Part shown: positions 9,536-18,544 of the stretch, piece by piece | Position numbering within the stretch: position 1 is the first letter of the stretch | Layout of the letters: each line of letters begins with the position of its first letter | Source: an uncultured Gammaproteobacteria bacterium | GTDB lineage: Bacteria > Pseudomonadota > Gammaproteobacteria > Steroidobacterales > Rariloculaceae | Reading direction: 5' to 3' | Assembly: GCA_963728995.1 (NCBI GenBank) | Contig: CAVSMD010000008.1 | Coordinates: 50,066-114,065 of the forward strand | DNA length: 64,000 nt | Program-made: the position numbers and the translations under genes | Notes under the pieces: generated by a model | What the model was told of the DNA's origin: nothing | The model's input: only the letters and a program-made list of their open reading frames with translations | Database searches by the model: none

Positions 9536-11026
9536 GTGCTTCGTCCGCGGTCGATCGCCGCCCTGATACTCGTCGGCCTCGCAATCACACTTGCGCCGTT
9601 GATTGCCGCCGTGATCACGGCGGTGCTGCAGGTCGACCGACTGTCGATCCTGGGCCGAGACGCAGTGTTGGAGGCAGAGGAGATCACGCGTCAGAGTCGC
9701 GAGGTGCATAGCAGCCTGAACGAGATGCGCCGGCCGTATCTGCAGTACCTCGTCACCGTCGACCCGGATTTCTACGCGATCTACTTGGAGCGCCGCTCGG
9801 ATCTGCAGCAGGCGCTGCGGAGCCTAGGTCATCGACCGTTGACGGACCGTGGCCGGCAATATCTCGAGGACCTCTCTCGGGAGGAGCAGGAGCTGTTCGT
9901 CGCTCTGGGGGATCCACGAGCGGGAGAGAAGCCGGCGACGACGCGCGCAGCGGTAGACCAAGCCTGGGCGGACGTCAACTACTCGGCGCGCGCGCTGCTC
10001 GCGGAGAGCGGTGCCCTAGTCGACAGACAGGTGACCGAGCTCACGCAACGCGCGGACCGGTTGCAACGTGCGTTGGTCGTTCAGGCCGCGGCCGTGCTTC
10101 CGGCAACGATCTGCCTCGCGGCGCTGTTCTTCGGCCTGATCACGAGCCCCATGCGCCAAATCGGCCAGGCCATTCGGCGGCTGGGTGCTCAAGAGCTGTC
10201 GCAACGCATCAGCGTGCGCGGTCCGAGCGACGTTCAGGAGCTTGGTGAGTTACTCGAGTGGCTGCGGCAACGGATCCAACGATTGGAACAGCAGAAAATC
10301 GCGTTCCTGCGCCATATCTCGCATGAGCTCAAGACACCGTTGACGACGATACGTGCCGGATCGGAGCTGCTCGTCGAAGGGTTCGGAGAGAGCCTCGGCG
10401 AGGAGGCGGAGCTCGCGCGCATCATCCACGCCAACGGTTTGCAATTGCAACGCCTCATCGAAGATCTTTTGCGCTTCAGCGAGACACAGGATGTGGTTAC
10501 CGAGCTGGAGTTGTCCGAATCCGTCGACCTGGCCTCGGTCGTTCGAGGTGTCACGTCCGCTCAGAGCTTGGCGTCGGATGCTCGCGGGATCGAAGTAGCG
10601 GCGGATCTTGCGCCGGTGTTGGTGCGAGGTGACGAGAACAAGCTGCGGATCGTCATCGACAATTTGCTCACCAATGCCACCAAGTACACGCCCAGCGGCG
10701 GCCGCATCAGCGTTTCATTGCGTGCGGCGGGCAGCTGTGCCGTCCTCGACGTGATCGACACTGGGCCGGGTATCGATGAATCCGAGACAGAGAGCATTTT
10801 CGAGCCGTTTCAGCAGGGGAGCGCCGAGTGCAATGCCAGCGTCAAAGGCACCGGCCTCGGTCTGTCAATCGCAAAGGAATACGTGGAGGCCCACGATGGT
10901 CATATCAGAGTGGTCGGCTCTACGGTGGGCGCGCATCTTCGTGTCAGTATTCCCATCGCGGGCCCGCGTGGTCAGCGCAAGGTGTCTCGCACCATGCTTG
11001 GCCGCAGGTTGCTTGTGGGCGTGTAG
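9536..11026 (+). CDS. sensor histidine kinase (TM-periplasmic-TM-HAMP-HisKA-HATPase)
   Basis: HISHELKTPLTTI H-box, DNLLTNATKYTP N-box, and DTGPGI / GTGLGLSI G-boxes. GTG start. Confidence 0.85.
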   Translation: MLRPRSIAALILVGLAITLAPLIAAVITAVLQVDRLSILGRDAVLEAEEITRQSREVHSSLNEMRRPYLQYLVTVDPDFYAIYLERRSDLQQALRSLGHRPLTDRGRQYLEDLSREEQELFVALGDPRAGEKPATTRAAVDQAWADVNYSARALLAESGALVDRQVTELTQRADRLQRALVVQAAAVLPATICLAALFFGLITSPMRQIGQAIRRLGAQELSQRISVRGPSDVQELGELLEWLRQRIQRLEQQKIAFLRHISHELKTPLTTIRAGSELLVEGFGESLGEEAELARIIHANGLQLQRLIEDLLRFSETQDVVTELELSESVDLASVVRGVTSAQSLASDARGIEVAADLAPVLVRGDENKLRIVIDNLLTNATKYTPSGGRISVSLRAAGSCAVLDVIDTGPGIDESETESIFEPFQQGSAECNASVKGTGLGLSIAKEYVEAHDGHIRVVGSTVGAHLRVSIPIAGPRGQRKVSRTMLGRRLLVGV

Positions 11027-11546
11027 CAGTGTGCCGCTGCACCGTGAGACGCTCCAGAGCGCACGCGCCGCCGAGGAAAGTCTGACCGCGCTCCTGGGCT
11101 TTGGCGCGTCGGTTCAGCGCTTGGACGACTCCGCCCTCGCAAGTCGCTATGACGAGCTGCTGGATGACTACCGAGCATCGCCCTCGAACGGCCGGGCCAT
11201 CAAGCTTTCGTTGCTCCTCAGCCAGTCGGACGCACGCCCCGAGGCGTTGTCGGAGGCGGTGACGCTGCTGGCGAACGCGTCGCAGGGTGACGGTCGAGAG
11301 GCCGAGCTCGGTCGGATTCTCTATCAGATGACGAGTGCACGATATCTCGCTGTAGCGGACCGAACCGCGTTGGCCACGATGCTGGAGGAGGAGCGGGCGC
11401 ACGGCGCTCGGCTCGAGGTAGAGCTCGTAAAAACGCGGGCGGCACTCGAGATCGCCCGCCGTGATCGCGAAGCGCTCGAACGTAAGCTCGATGCCCTCAA
11501 AGCCATCGAAGAGGCCGAACCCCGGCTGATTCAAGAAAAAAAATAG
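10968..11546 (+). CDS. putative coiled-coil lipoprotein, third gene of the two-component operon
   Basis: GTG 10968 gives MVSARCLAPCLAAGCLWACSS, with lipobox-like LAAGC / LWAC. The remainder is Ala/Leu/Glu/Arg-rich and predicted helical (LEVELVKTRAALEIARRDREALERKLDALKAIEE). It overlaps the kinase 3' end by 59 nt. The family is unknown. Confidence 0.45.
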   Translation: MVSARCLAPCLAAGCLWACSSVPLHRETLQSARAAEESLTALLGFGASVQRLDDSALASRYDELLDDYRASPSNGRAIKLSLLLSQSDARPEALSEAVTLLANASQGDGREAELGRILYQMTSARYLAVADRTALATMLEEERAHGARLEVELVKTRAALEIARRDREALERKLDALKAIEEAEPRLIQEKK

Positions 11547-11568
11547 AGCCCGGCTTGCGCCGGGCTCT
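11545..11568. terminator. perfect 10-bp stem / 4-nt loop hairpin flanked by an A8 run (T8 on the minus strand)
   Basis: AGAGCCCGGC-TTGC-GCCGGGCTCT directly after the stop at 11546. The A-run at 11536-11543 gives a U-tract only for a minus-strand transcript, so it is a strong terminator for the convergent gene ending at 11720 and possibly bidirectional. Confidence 0.65.
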
Positions 11569-11577
11569 ATGCGCATG

Positions 11578-11607
11578 CCAAAGCGGGGGGAGTGGGGCCC
11601 GCTTTGG
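11578..11607. terminator. second stem-loop in the convergent intergenic region
   Basis: CCAAAGCGGG-N10-CCCGCTTTGG, a perfect 10-bp stem with no U-tract. Confidence 0.35.
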
Positions 11608-11719
11608 CCACGCAGGTGAAGACCTGCCTCATACCTGTGCTCTGCTCGTCAACTGCGGCAGCTTCCTCGCCCGTTCGATGCTCACCCTGCTCACGAGCGT
11701 TTCCGGTGGATGACACACG

Positions 11720-12430
11720 TCATGGTCCACTCCACGTGAACTGCGGAATGCTCGTGATCGCGGTGCCCACCTGAATCGTGATCAGGCGGTGCGAAATGAG
11801 CGGAAGGCTTTGCAGATCTCCGGTGTATTCGGTAACCACCCCATCCTCATCCGTGATGTAGACGACGGCTGGCAGCCCGACGAGCCCAGCGATGTTGTCT
11901 CGCTGCAGCGGCTGGCCCCAGATCGCAAAAAACTGTCCCAGGGAAAAGTCCGTGGGAGCCGTAGCATGCATGTGGACGATGCCGGTCGCGTCGTGCGTAT
12001 GAATCGGATAGTGGCAGTCGCTGGTCGGCGACAGCTCGACGATGCCGACGTGCTGCGGGATGGCGAGCGCGTCACCGTTTAGAAAGATCGAGAGATGGGC
12101 GTGCACGTGGTAATCCACCGGTGACGGATAGATGCACTCGAGGCTGCCCACCGGCATACCCTGACCGCCGTCGGTCGTGTCACCGTCCTGCCAGTACGTG
12201 GAGCCGACCTGATGACCGTCGTCCAGCGAGACGACGTTCGAGTCGAGCGGCGGCGTGCTTGGGGTGGGCGTGGGTGTGGGGGTCGGCGTGGGGGTCGGCG
12301 TGGGGGTCGGTGTCGACGAATCGGAGCTCGAGCCGCCGCAGCCCGTCACCAGGGTTGCCGTGACCCATGCGCAGGCAAACGCCTTCCATGCGACTCGAAA
12401 CCAGTCGTGGTTCGCATGAGACGAAAGCAT
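11720..12430 (-). CDS. lipoprotein with a (Thr-Pro)9 linker and a His-rich C-terminal domain of unknown function
   Basis: AGGAGG SD 7 nt before ATG 12430. Signal plus lipobox LVTGC, then SSSDSSTPTPTPTPTPTPTPTPTPS. The C-domain has DYHVHAHLSIFLNG and CHYPIHTHDATGIVHMHA. Confidence 0.7.
   Translation of the reverse strand: MLSSHANHDWFRVAWKAFACAWVTATLVTGCGGSSSDSSTPTPTPTPTPTPTPTPTPSTPPLDSNVVSLDDGHQVGSTYWQDGDTTDGGQGMPVGSLECIYPSPVDYHVHAHLSIFLNGDALAIPQHVGIVELSPTSDCHYPIHTHDATGIVHMHATAPTDFSLGQFFAIWGQPLQRDNIAGLVGLPAVVYITDEDGVVTEYTGDLQSLPLISHRLITIQVGTAITSIPQFTWSGP
12260..12313 (-). repeat. in-frame tandem repeat encoding (Thr-Pro)9
   Basis: A 12-nt unit GGGGTCGGCGTG (plus strand) repeated with variants. 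It lies within CDS 11720..12430. Confidence 0.8.
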
Positions 12431-12593
12431 CGCGACCCTCCTGCCGTGCTGACGGTCAACGCAATGCAAGAGGCGGACCAGGCGCCGAGAATGAAGTGAT
12501 TCGGCGGATCATCGGGCGTGCGCCGCTGATCCGCTGTGCTGAACTGTTGCCGCGGGGCGACACGGTCCGCGAAGAAGTGCGCGCGAGCGCGAG

Positions 12594-14879
12594 TCAACCG
12601 TGCGGTTTTAGATGCTGATCGAACCAGCTGAGCATGTGCGCGGCCGTTCGCAGCACGGACTCACGGCCGCGGTAACTGTGGCCTTCCCACGGCAAGAGCA
12701 GCAACTCCGCCTCGCCGCCGTTGCCGCGAATGGCCTGGTAGAATTGCAAGGACTGCTGCGGGGAAGTGCCGGCGTTGGTGTCCTTTAGACCGTGCACCAA
12801 GAGCAGCGGCGCTTCGATACGGTCCGAGAACAGGAGCGGCGACATTGCGAGATAGGTCTTCTGTGCCTGCCAGAGCGTGCGTCGCTCGGTTTGAAAACCG
12901 AAGGGCGTCAGTGTTCGGTTGTAGGCGCCGCTCAAGGCGACGCCTGCGGCGAACAGCCGCGAGTGCACCAACAGGTTCGCGACCATGAATGCGCCGTAGC
13001 TATGGCCGGCCACGCCGACCCGTTTCGTGTCGACGAAGTGCGTGGATCCCGCGGCTTCGATGGCCGCCGAGGCGTTGGCGATGACCTGCTCGACGAACGT
13101 GTCGTTCGCGTCGGTCTCGCTACCGACGATCGGCATCGATACGTCGTCGAGCACCGCGTAGCCGCGCAGCAGAAAGAACAGGCGGAACGCGCGCGCGAAC
13201 GTCATCGAATACTCTTCGGCCTCCGCGGACACCGCAGACTCCTTAACGGAAACCTGGCGCGGGTATGCCCACAGGATCAAGGGGAGCGGGGAGTGCCGAT
13301 CGTAGTTCGGAGGTAGATACAGCGATGCTCGAAGATCAACGCCATCGGCTCTGCGGTACTCGAGCGGAATGCGCTGCGCCTTGACGAGCAGCTGCGACGG
13401 CCGCTCGAAGTGAGTCAGCGGCAACGTGGCATCGTTCTTGGCGGAAGTCAGGAAGTAGTTCGGCGTCGTCTGGCTTTCACGTCGCACGAGCAGGAGCGAG
13501 GCGTCCGGCAGCACGATGTTCTCGAGCGATTCATACCGCTCCGCCGGCGCCGTCCAAATCCGCTCGCGCGCTCCCGTTCGCAGGGCCACGTGGTCCAGAA
13601 AGCTGCGCCGCTGCTTGTCTGTGACCTCCGTGCCGCGAAGATAGAAACCGTTGTCGTGCAGCAGGACCGTATCGAAGCCCCACTGGTTGGCGCGGACGAT
13701 GGGTAGTTGTCCCGCTGCGCCGTCGTAACCGGTCAAGGACTTTGTCGGCGTGGAGGAACTCGCGAGATCGACGGACCAGAGGTCGGTGCGGCCGGTTCTC
13801 GAGTCGTAATCGCTCACCAGCGCTACGCTCGAGTCGCCGAGCCAGCGGACACCGGCGAAGCGGTGCGGTAACGCAAATCGCTCGCGAGCAGGGTCTCCAA
13901 ACGGCGCCGCGAGGGACATGACTCGATCGGCGCCATCGCGGCGTTCGACCCAGACCAGCGTGGCAGCACTGGTGGCTTGCCATTCGATGGCCCGCGCCGC
14001 ATCGGGCAGACGGGCGACGACGTTGCCAAAGCGGTCCCAAATCTCCATGACGTGTGCCGCAGCGTCGAAGTCATTGCCTTGCGGATAGGGCTGGACGAGA
14101 CGGCGCACGAGGAGGAAAGCCTGCGCCGGCGCCGCCATCACGGACTCGAAGGCGGTGGGCCGGCCGATGAGGTGTCGGCCCGTCGCAAGGCAATCGATGA
14201 TTTCGAGCTGAGTTTCGAGCAGCTCAGCGGCCTGCTGTTCGGTCAACGACGTCGGCTCGCCGCGAAGCGCCTGCCCGGCGACTCGTTTGACGATGGACAC
14301 CAGAGCCTGGCGACCGCCATCCGGTTCGCTGGCGACTCTGCAGAGCAAGCGGTGGTTATCCGGTAGCCACGAGCAAGGCGGTCCACGGGTGGTGTCGACG
14401 GAGCGAACGATCGCTCGCGCCTGCGCGGTCGTCGAGTCGCCGACCCACAGCTCGGCACCCTCGCTGCGCGTCACGGTGAATGCGAAGCGCAAGCCGTCCG
14501 CGCTCCAGCGTGGATATCCGACCACGGCGTCGTATGGCACTGCCACTGGTGTCTGCTCGAGCGTGCGCAGATCGACGAGCGTGAGCCCGTAGTAGTCCAG
14601 CGGTGCGTGCGCCGCGCCTGTGACGAGGCTAATCGCATGTCCGGCAAGCTCGACGGCGGGCTCCGACAGCTGCTCGAGCGACAGCAGCTGACGCTCCTGC
14701 ACGAGCAGCGCATAGCGTCCCGTGGGGTCCAGGACCACCGGCGGCAGTGGCTCTACATCGAGCAGCCGTGCGATGTCGGAGCTCGGCTCCAGGCGCGTCT
14801 CGCTCTGCGCCGCGGCGCCCGGGCCCGCGAGGCACAGGCCGAGCGCGGCTGCACACGCAGAAGATAGGACTCTCTTCAA
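12594..14879 (-). CDS. secreted S9-family serine peptidase (prolyl oligopeptidase / dipeptidyl-peptidase-like)
   Basis: Signal peptide MKRVLSSACAAALGLCLAGPGAAAQ, a long propeller-like N-region, the GVAGHSYGAFM nucleophile elbow, and C-terminal LLLVHGLKDTN and EGHSY. Confidence 0.85.
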   Translation of the reverse strand: MKRVLSSACAAALGLCLAGPGAAAQSETRLEPSSDIARLLDVEPLPPVVLDPTGRYALLVQERQLLSLEQLSEPAVELAGHAISLVTGAAHAPLDYYGLTLVDLRTLEQTPVAVPYDAVVGYPRWSADGLRFAFTVTRSEGAELWVGDSTTAQARAIVRSVDTTRGPPCSWLPDNHRLLCRVASEPDGGRQALVSIVKRVAGQALRGEPTSLTEQQAAELLETQLEIIDCLATGRHLIGRPTAFESVMAAPAQAFLLVRRLVQPYPQGNDFDAAAHVMEIWDRFGNVVARLPDAARAIEWQATSAATLVWVERRDGADRVMSLAAPFGDPARERFALPHRFAGVRWLGDSSVALVSDYDSRTGRTDLWSVDLASSSTPTKSLTGYDGAAGQLPIVRANQWGFDTVLLHDNGFYLRGTEVTDKQRRSFLDHVALRTGARERIWTAPAERYESLENIVLPDASLLLVRRESQTTPNYFLTSAKNDATLPLTHFERPSQLLVKAQRIPLEYRRADGVDLRASLYLPPNYDRHSPLPLILWAYPRQVSVKESAVSAEAEEYSMTFARAFRLFFLLRGYAVLDDVSMPIVGSETDANDTFVEQVIANASAAIEAAGSTHFVDTKRVGVAGHSYGAFMVANLLVHSRLFAAGVALSGAYNRTLTPFGFQTERRTLWQAQKTYLAMSPLLFSDRIEAPLLLVHGLKDTNAGTSPQQSLQFYQAIRGNGGEAELLLLPWEGHSYRGRESVLRTAAHMLSWFDQHLKPHG

Positions 14880-15126
14880 GGGATTGCCTGCCTAATCGGG
14901 GCCCGGTGCAGCGTCACCTTGGCTCCGGACACGTAGCCTTCTTGCGGCGATTCTCGTGATCACGCGGTGGTTCGACTGTGCGCTCGGTCGGGAATTCGTA
15001 AATTATGCAAGACCGTGCACGCGCCTAACAACGTCGGCGGGTTGGGTGTCGATCGCGAAACGAAGAGCAGGGCCGCCACAGGAACACGTCGGGCCGTCCG
15101 TGACCGTCGCTAGCGGCAGAATATGA

Positions 15127-15142
15127 CATAATATACATTATG
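15127..15142. promoter_or_regulatory. AT-rich inverted repeat CATAAT-N4-ATTATG in the S9 peptidase / pagP-like divergent intergenic region
   Basis: CATAATATACATTATG lies inside the local AT-rich patch GGCAGAATATGACATAATATACATTATGCGC, in an otherwise GC-rich 340-bp gap. Confidence 0.25.
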
Positions 15143-15219
15143 CGCAGTAAGCTCCCGGGTCGAAGCCGCACCAGCGTCGGTTCTCTTTACAGGTCCAGTG
15201 AGAAGTCTAACCTAACCGA

Positions 15220-15852
15220 TTGTTTCTATTGGGTGGCATATGTCTTGCTCATGTCGCCGCCATGACACTCCATGCGGGCTTGGGCTCACCCTTGTGGACG
15301 GTCGCCGCGATCGCGGCGGGCTTGTTCACCACGACGGCGCACGCGCAAAGCGATTGGGACATCGTTCTGAACGGTCGCTCGGTCCATATGAACGCGGCGC
15401 ACGACTGGAACGAGAACAATTGGGGGCTCGGCGTCGAGCGGGAATTCAATACCGGCAGCCGCTGGGTGAAGCTCGCCTTGGCGAACGGCTTCAAAGACAG
15501 CGACGGCGACCCCTCGTATATGGCCGGTGGCGGGCTCAAACGGCGCTTCCGGATGTTCTCGGACCATGCGTACTTCGATGTCGGCGTGATCGGCTTCGTG
15601 ATGACCCGCGAGGATGTCCACCACAACCAGCCTTTCCCGGGCATGCTGCCGGCCATCACTTTCGGTACCGATCGAGTGGCCGTGAACGTCACGTATCTGC
15701 CGGAATTCGCCGTGGACAGCGTCACGAACGCGAAACGAGTGGATCCACAGCTGGACGGCGTGTTCTTCGTCCAATTGAAGCTCGATGCGAGCCTGTTCGG
15801 CATGAGCAAGCGCCGGCGGCCATTCCTGGCCGACGGCGGCGCCGACCGCTGA
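15220..15852 (+). CDS. pagP: PagP-like outer-membrane lipid A palmitoyltransferase family protein
   Basis: Signal peptide ending TTAHA-Q. HDWNENNWGLGVE and ANGFKDSDGDPSYMAGGG resemble E. coli PagP YNERPWGGGFG and AFKDSWNKWEPIAGYG, and VNVTYLP resembles QMTYIP. The start may instead be ATG 15262. Confidence 0.55.
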   Translation: MFLLGGICLAHVAAMTLHAGLGSPLWTVAAIAAGLFTTTAHAQSDWDIVLNGRSVHMNAAHDWNENNWGLGVEREFNTGSRWVKLALANGFKDSDGDPSYMAGGGLKRRFRMFSDHAYFDVGVIGFVMTREDVHHNQPFPGMLPAITFGTDRVAVNVTYLPEFAVDSVTNAKRVDPQLDGVFFVQLKLDASLFGMSKRRRPFLADGGADR

Positions 15853-15981
15853 GCGCGTGGCCTACCGGCCCCGCGGGCCAGCGGCCGATGCGGCCTCATT
15901 GTGCTATCGTCCCGATGAACGAACCCATTTAGGCGCGTTCTAAATCGACAACTCGGGGTTTTGGCAGAGGATCGCAACAGG

Positions 15982-16758
15982 ATGATGCGCACGGCTTGGC
16001 TGATCACCGCAGGCTGCGCGGCGCTGGTGGCGAACGGTGTGGCCCAGGCGCAGCTGATCGTATCCGAGAAGGAAGTCCGCCGCGAAGCGCGCGTCGAGTG
16101 GCTATCGATGAAGCGCCATTTGCCGATCGAACCCAATCCCCGGGTTACGGCGTACGTCCAGTGCGTCGCGAACCATATCCTCGCGACGCTCCCGCCCGAG
16201 CAGGCAAAAGCCGACTGGGAAGTGATCGTCTTCGACGACGATACGATCAACGCGTTCGCGGACCCGAACAACAAGATCGCAGTGTTCACGGGCCTGCTGC
16301 GTGTGGCCGATACGCCGGACGCCCTGGCTGCGGTGATTGGCCACGAGGTGGCGCACGCGACGGAAGGTCACGTCATGCAGCGGGCCCGGCGCGGCGCTCG
16401 CACCAACGTGCTGGTGCTCCTCGGTGCGGCGGCCACGGGCATCAACCGTGACCTCCTGAACGAAGGCGCGACGCTCGGAATGTCGCTGCCGTACGCGCGC
16501 GAGCAGGAGACGGAGGCCGACCGGATCGGCCTGCACTCGATGGCCAAGGCCGGCTTCGATCCACGCGCGGCGTTGTCGCTATGGAAGAATATGGCCGTCG
16601 CGCTGAACGGCAAAGGCTCGCCGCCGGAATTTCTGTCGGACCACCCGTCCGACGACACGCGCCTCGAGACCGTGGTCAAGTCGATTACGCCGGCCCTCGT
16701 GGAGTACAACGCCGCGATCGACGCCGGGAAACGCCCCAACTGCCAGGCGGCGCGTTAG
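15982..16758 (+). CDS. M48-family zinc metalloprotease (periplasmic)
   Basis: Signal peptide, the HEXXH motif in VIGHEVAHATEGH, and EADRIGL downstream. Confidence 0.8.
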   Translation: MMRTAWLITAGCAALVANGVAQAQLIVSEKEVRREARVEWLSMKRHLPIEPNPRVTAYVQCVANHILATLPPEQAKADWEVIVFDDDTINAFADPNNKIAVFTGLLRVADTPDALAAVIGHEVAHATEGHVMQRARRGARTNVLVLLGAAATGINRDLLNEGATLGMSLPYAREQETEADRIGLHSMAKAGFDPRAALSLWKNMAVALNGKGSPPEFLSDHPSDDTRLETVVKSITPALVEYNAAIDAGKRPNCQAAR

Positions 16759-16798
16759 GACGCGAAGCGCCCGGCTCGACGAACGGTTAGCTGGCCTG

Positions 16799-17473
16799 CT
16801 AGTTCTGGATCTTCGTCGCTTCGCTGGCCGGGGGCTGCGGCGCCCCACTCTGCTTTCCGACCTGGATTTGCCCCGCGCCCATCGGCGGCGGCGGCGCCAC
16901 GAGTCCGTGCGCGACGTAGATCTCCATGAGCTGATCGTCGGTCAGCGACTCGACGCTCGCGAGCTCGCACGCGGCACGCGCGTTCAAGAATCGCGGATCA
17001 CGACGGTTCGGCCCGTCTGCGCCAGGATTCGTAAAGGGGTCATCCGTGAACGCCCCGCCGCTGACCTGCAATCGAAGGTTGTTGTCGCATACCTTCAAGG
17101 TGGCGCGACCACGTCTGCTCGTTGGCAAGTTTGGATCGTCGGGCGGCGAGAACGGGATGTTCTGTGTGCCCGTGGCGGCGAAGGCACCGTTGCTTAGACG
17201 GCGGTCGGCCTCGCCCTGCGGCAGCTCGGTAGGGTCGCTGAACACCAGCTCGGGAGCATACGTCATGTCGCAGAACGTGCCGCGTAACTCCACGCGAAAC
17301 GGACAGCGCTGCGAGCCCGTGTAGACGATGAGCGTGGTGCGGTCGATGACGTCGAACTTGCGGACGTCGCCCGCGAAAAAACATTCTTTGACGCTGCACG
17401 CGCGTTCGGCGGCACCGGCGGAAGCGATGCAGCAGGCGACGAGCAGTAGAGAGCCGACGGTGCCGAGTTTCAT
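16799..17473 (-). CDS. Cys-rich secreted hypothetical protein (resembles DUF6491-type proteins)
   Basis: Signal peptide MKLGTVGSLLLVACCIASAGAA, then C..C...VRKFDVIDRTTLIVYTGSQRCPFRVELRGTFC. The family assignment is tentative. Confidence 0.4.
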   Translation of the reverse strand: MKLGTVGSLLLVACCIASAGAAERACSVKECFFAGDVRKFDVIDRTTLIVYTGSQRCPFRVELRGTFCDMTYAPELVFSDPTELPQGEADRRLSNGAFAATGTQNIPFSPPDDPNLPTSRRGRATLKVCDNNLRLQVSGGAFTDDPFTNPGADGPNRRDPRFLNARAACELASVESLTDDQLMEIYVAHGLVAPPPPMGAGQIQVGKQSGAPQPPASEATKIQN

Positions 17474-17574
17474 GTCGATACCCCCTGGCTGGCCATTGGA
17501 TTCACTTGGATTCACTCTAGGTCAGTTTCGGACCGGTGTCTATTGACCTTCGTTCCCGCCATAAGACGATTGGT

Positions 17575-18522
17575 TCACCTGTCTACGGAGCGTGGGAAAG
17601 CCGCGTCGCGCACCCGGACCGCCACGTCCGGAAAGTCGCAGAACACGCCGTCGACTCGAACGTCTGCGAAGAACGCATCGAGCAGCTGCTCCAACGTCTT
17701 GGCGTACCCGGGCAGCCCTTCTCGTCGAAAAGTGTAGGCGTGCAGGCGCAGTCCCGCGCCGCGCGCCGCGCGCGTCAGCGCCGTGACTTCGAGCCTCCCG
17801 CCCTGCTCCTCGAGTAACTGCGTGTAGCTCGATCCGAGTCCATAGGCGTACTCCGCGACGCGCTCGAGGCCTGGGCTCGTCAACAGCTCGGCATGGGTGG
17901 GCTCGGTCCCCACCAGCTGAATGAGCTTCAAACGACATCGAAGCTCGTCCTTGACCCGTTGCAGCTCCGTGGGATCGAAACATTGGACGAACGCGGCATC
18001 GCTCGCTTGCGAGTAGCCGAGCTCGCCGAGCTTCGCTACCAGCAAACGCGTCAGGTCCACGCCATGCTCGCGATGCCACGCGGGCTCTTTGATCTCGGGA
18101 TAGATGCCGACCGTGCGACCGGTGGCCTTGTTCAGACCCTGAATCAGGCGCAGCTCTTCCTCGAGCGTCGCGATTCGCGCGATGCCGATCTCGGGGGGGA
18201 AGCGCCGCGGGTACTTCGCTGTTCGTGTGCCCGGCGCGCGGCGCTCGAACAGCGTGAGCTGCCGCAACTCCGCGAGATCGAAATCGATGACGTAGTGTCG
18301 CCCGTCGTGGCGCTGGCTGCCGGGGAATCGCTCGCGGACGTCCGACACGTCGTCGAGATGAGTGTCGTGCAACACGACGAGCTCCGAGTCACGCGTCGCG
18401 AGCACGTCCTGCTCGAGAAAGTCGGCGCCCTGGCCGTAGGCGAGCGCCTTGCCGACGAGCGTGTGCTCGGGCAGGTAGCCGCTCGCGCCGCGATGGGCGA
18501 TGACGATCGGGCGCTCGCGCAT
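17575..18522 (-). CDS. glycerophosphodiester phosphodiesterase (GDPD), apparently cytoplasmic
   Basis: PIVIAHRGASGYLPEHT and FLEQDVLATRDSELVVLHD, the hallmark GDPD motifs. No signal peptide is present. Confidence 0.85.
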   Translation of the reverse strand: MRERPIVIAHRGASGYLPEHTLVGKALAYGQGADFLEQDVLATRDSELVVLHDTHLDDVSDVRERFPGSQRHDGRHYVIDFDLAELRQLTLFERRAPGTRTAKYPRRFPPEIGIARIATLEEELRLIQGLNKATGRTVGIYPEIKEPAWHREHGVDLTRLLVAKLGELGYSQASDAAFVQCFDPTELQRVKDELRCRLKLIQLVGTEPTHAELLTSPGLERVAEYAYGLGSSYTQLLEEQGGRLEVTALTRAARGAGLRLHAYTFRREGLPGYAKTLEQLLDAFFADVRVDGVFCDFPDVAVRVRDAAFPRSVDR

Positions 18523-18544
18523 GCGTGGGTCGGGCGACGCCGTC

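Noticed and set aside
12260-12313. Short tandem repeats as a possible CRISPR array or intergenic VNTR.
   Set aside because: The repeat is in frame inside a CDS and encodes a Thr-Pro linker. There are no spacers, so it is not CRISPR-like.
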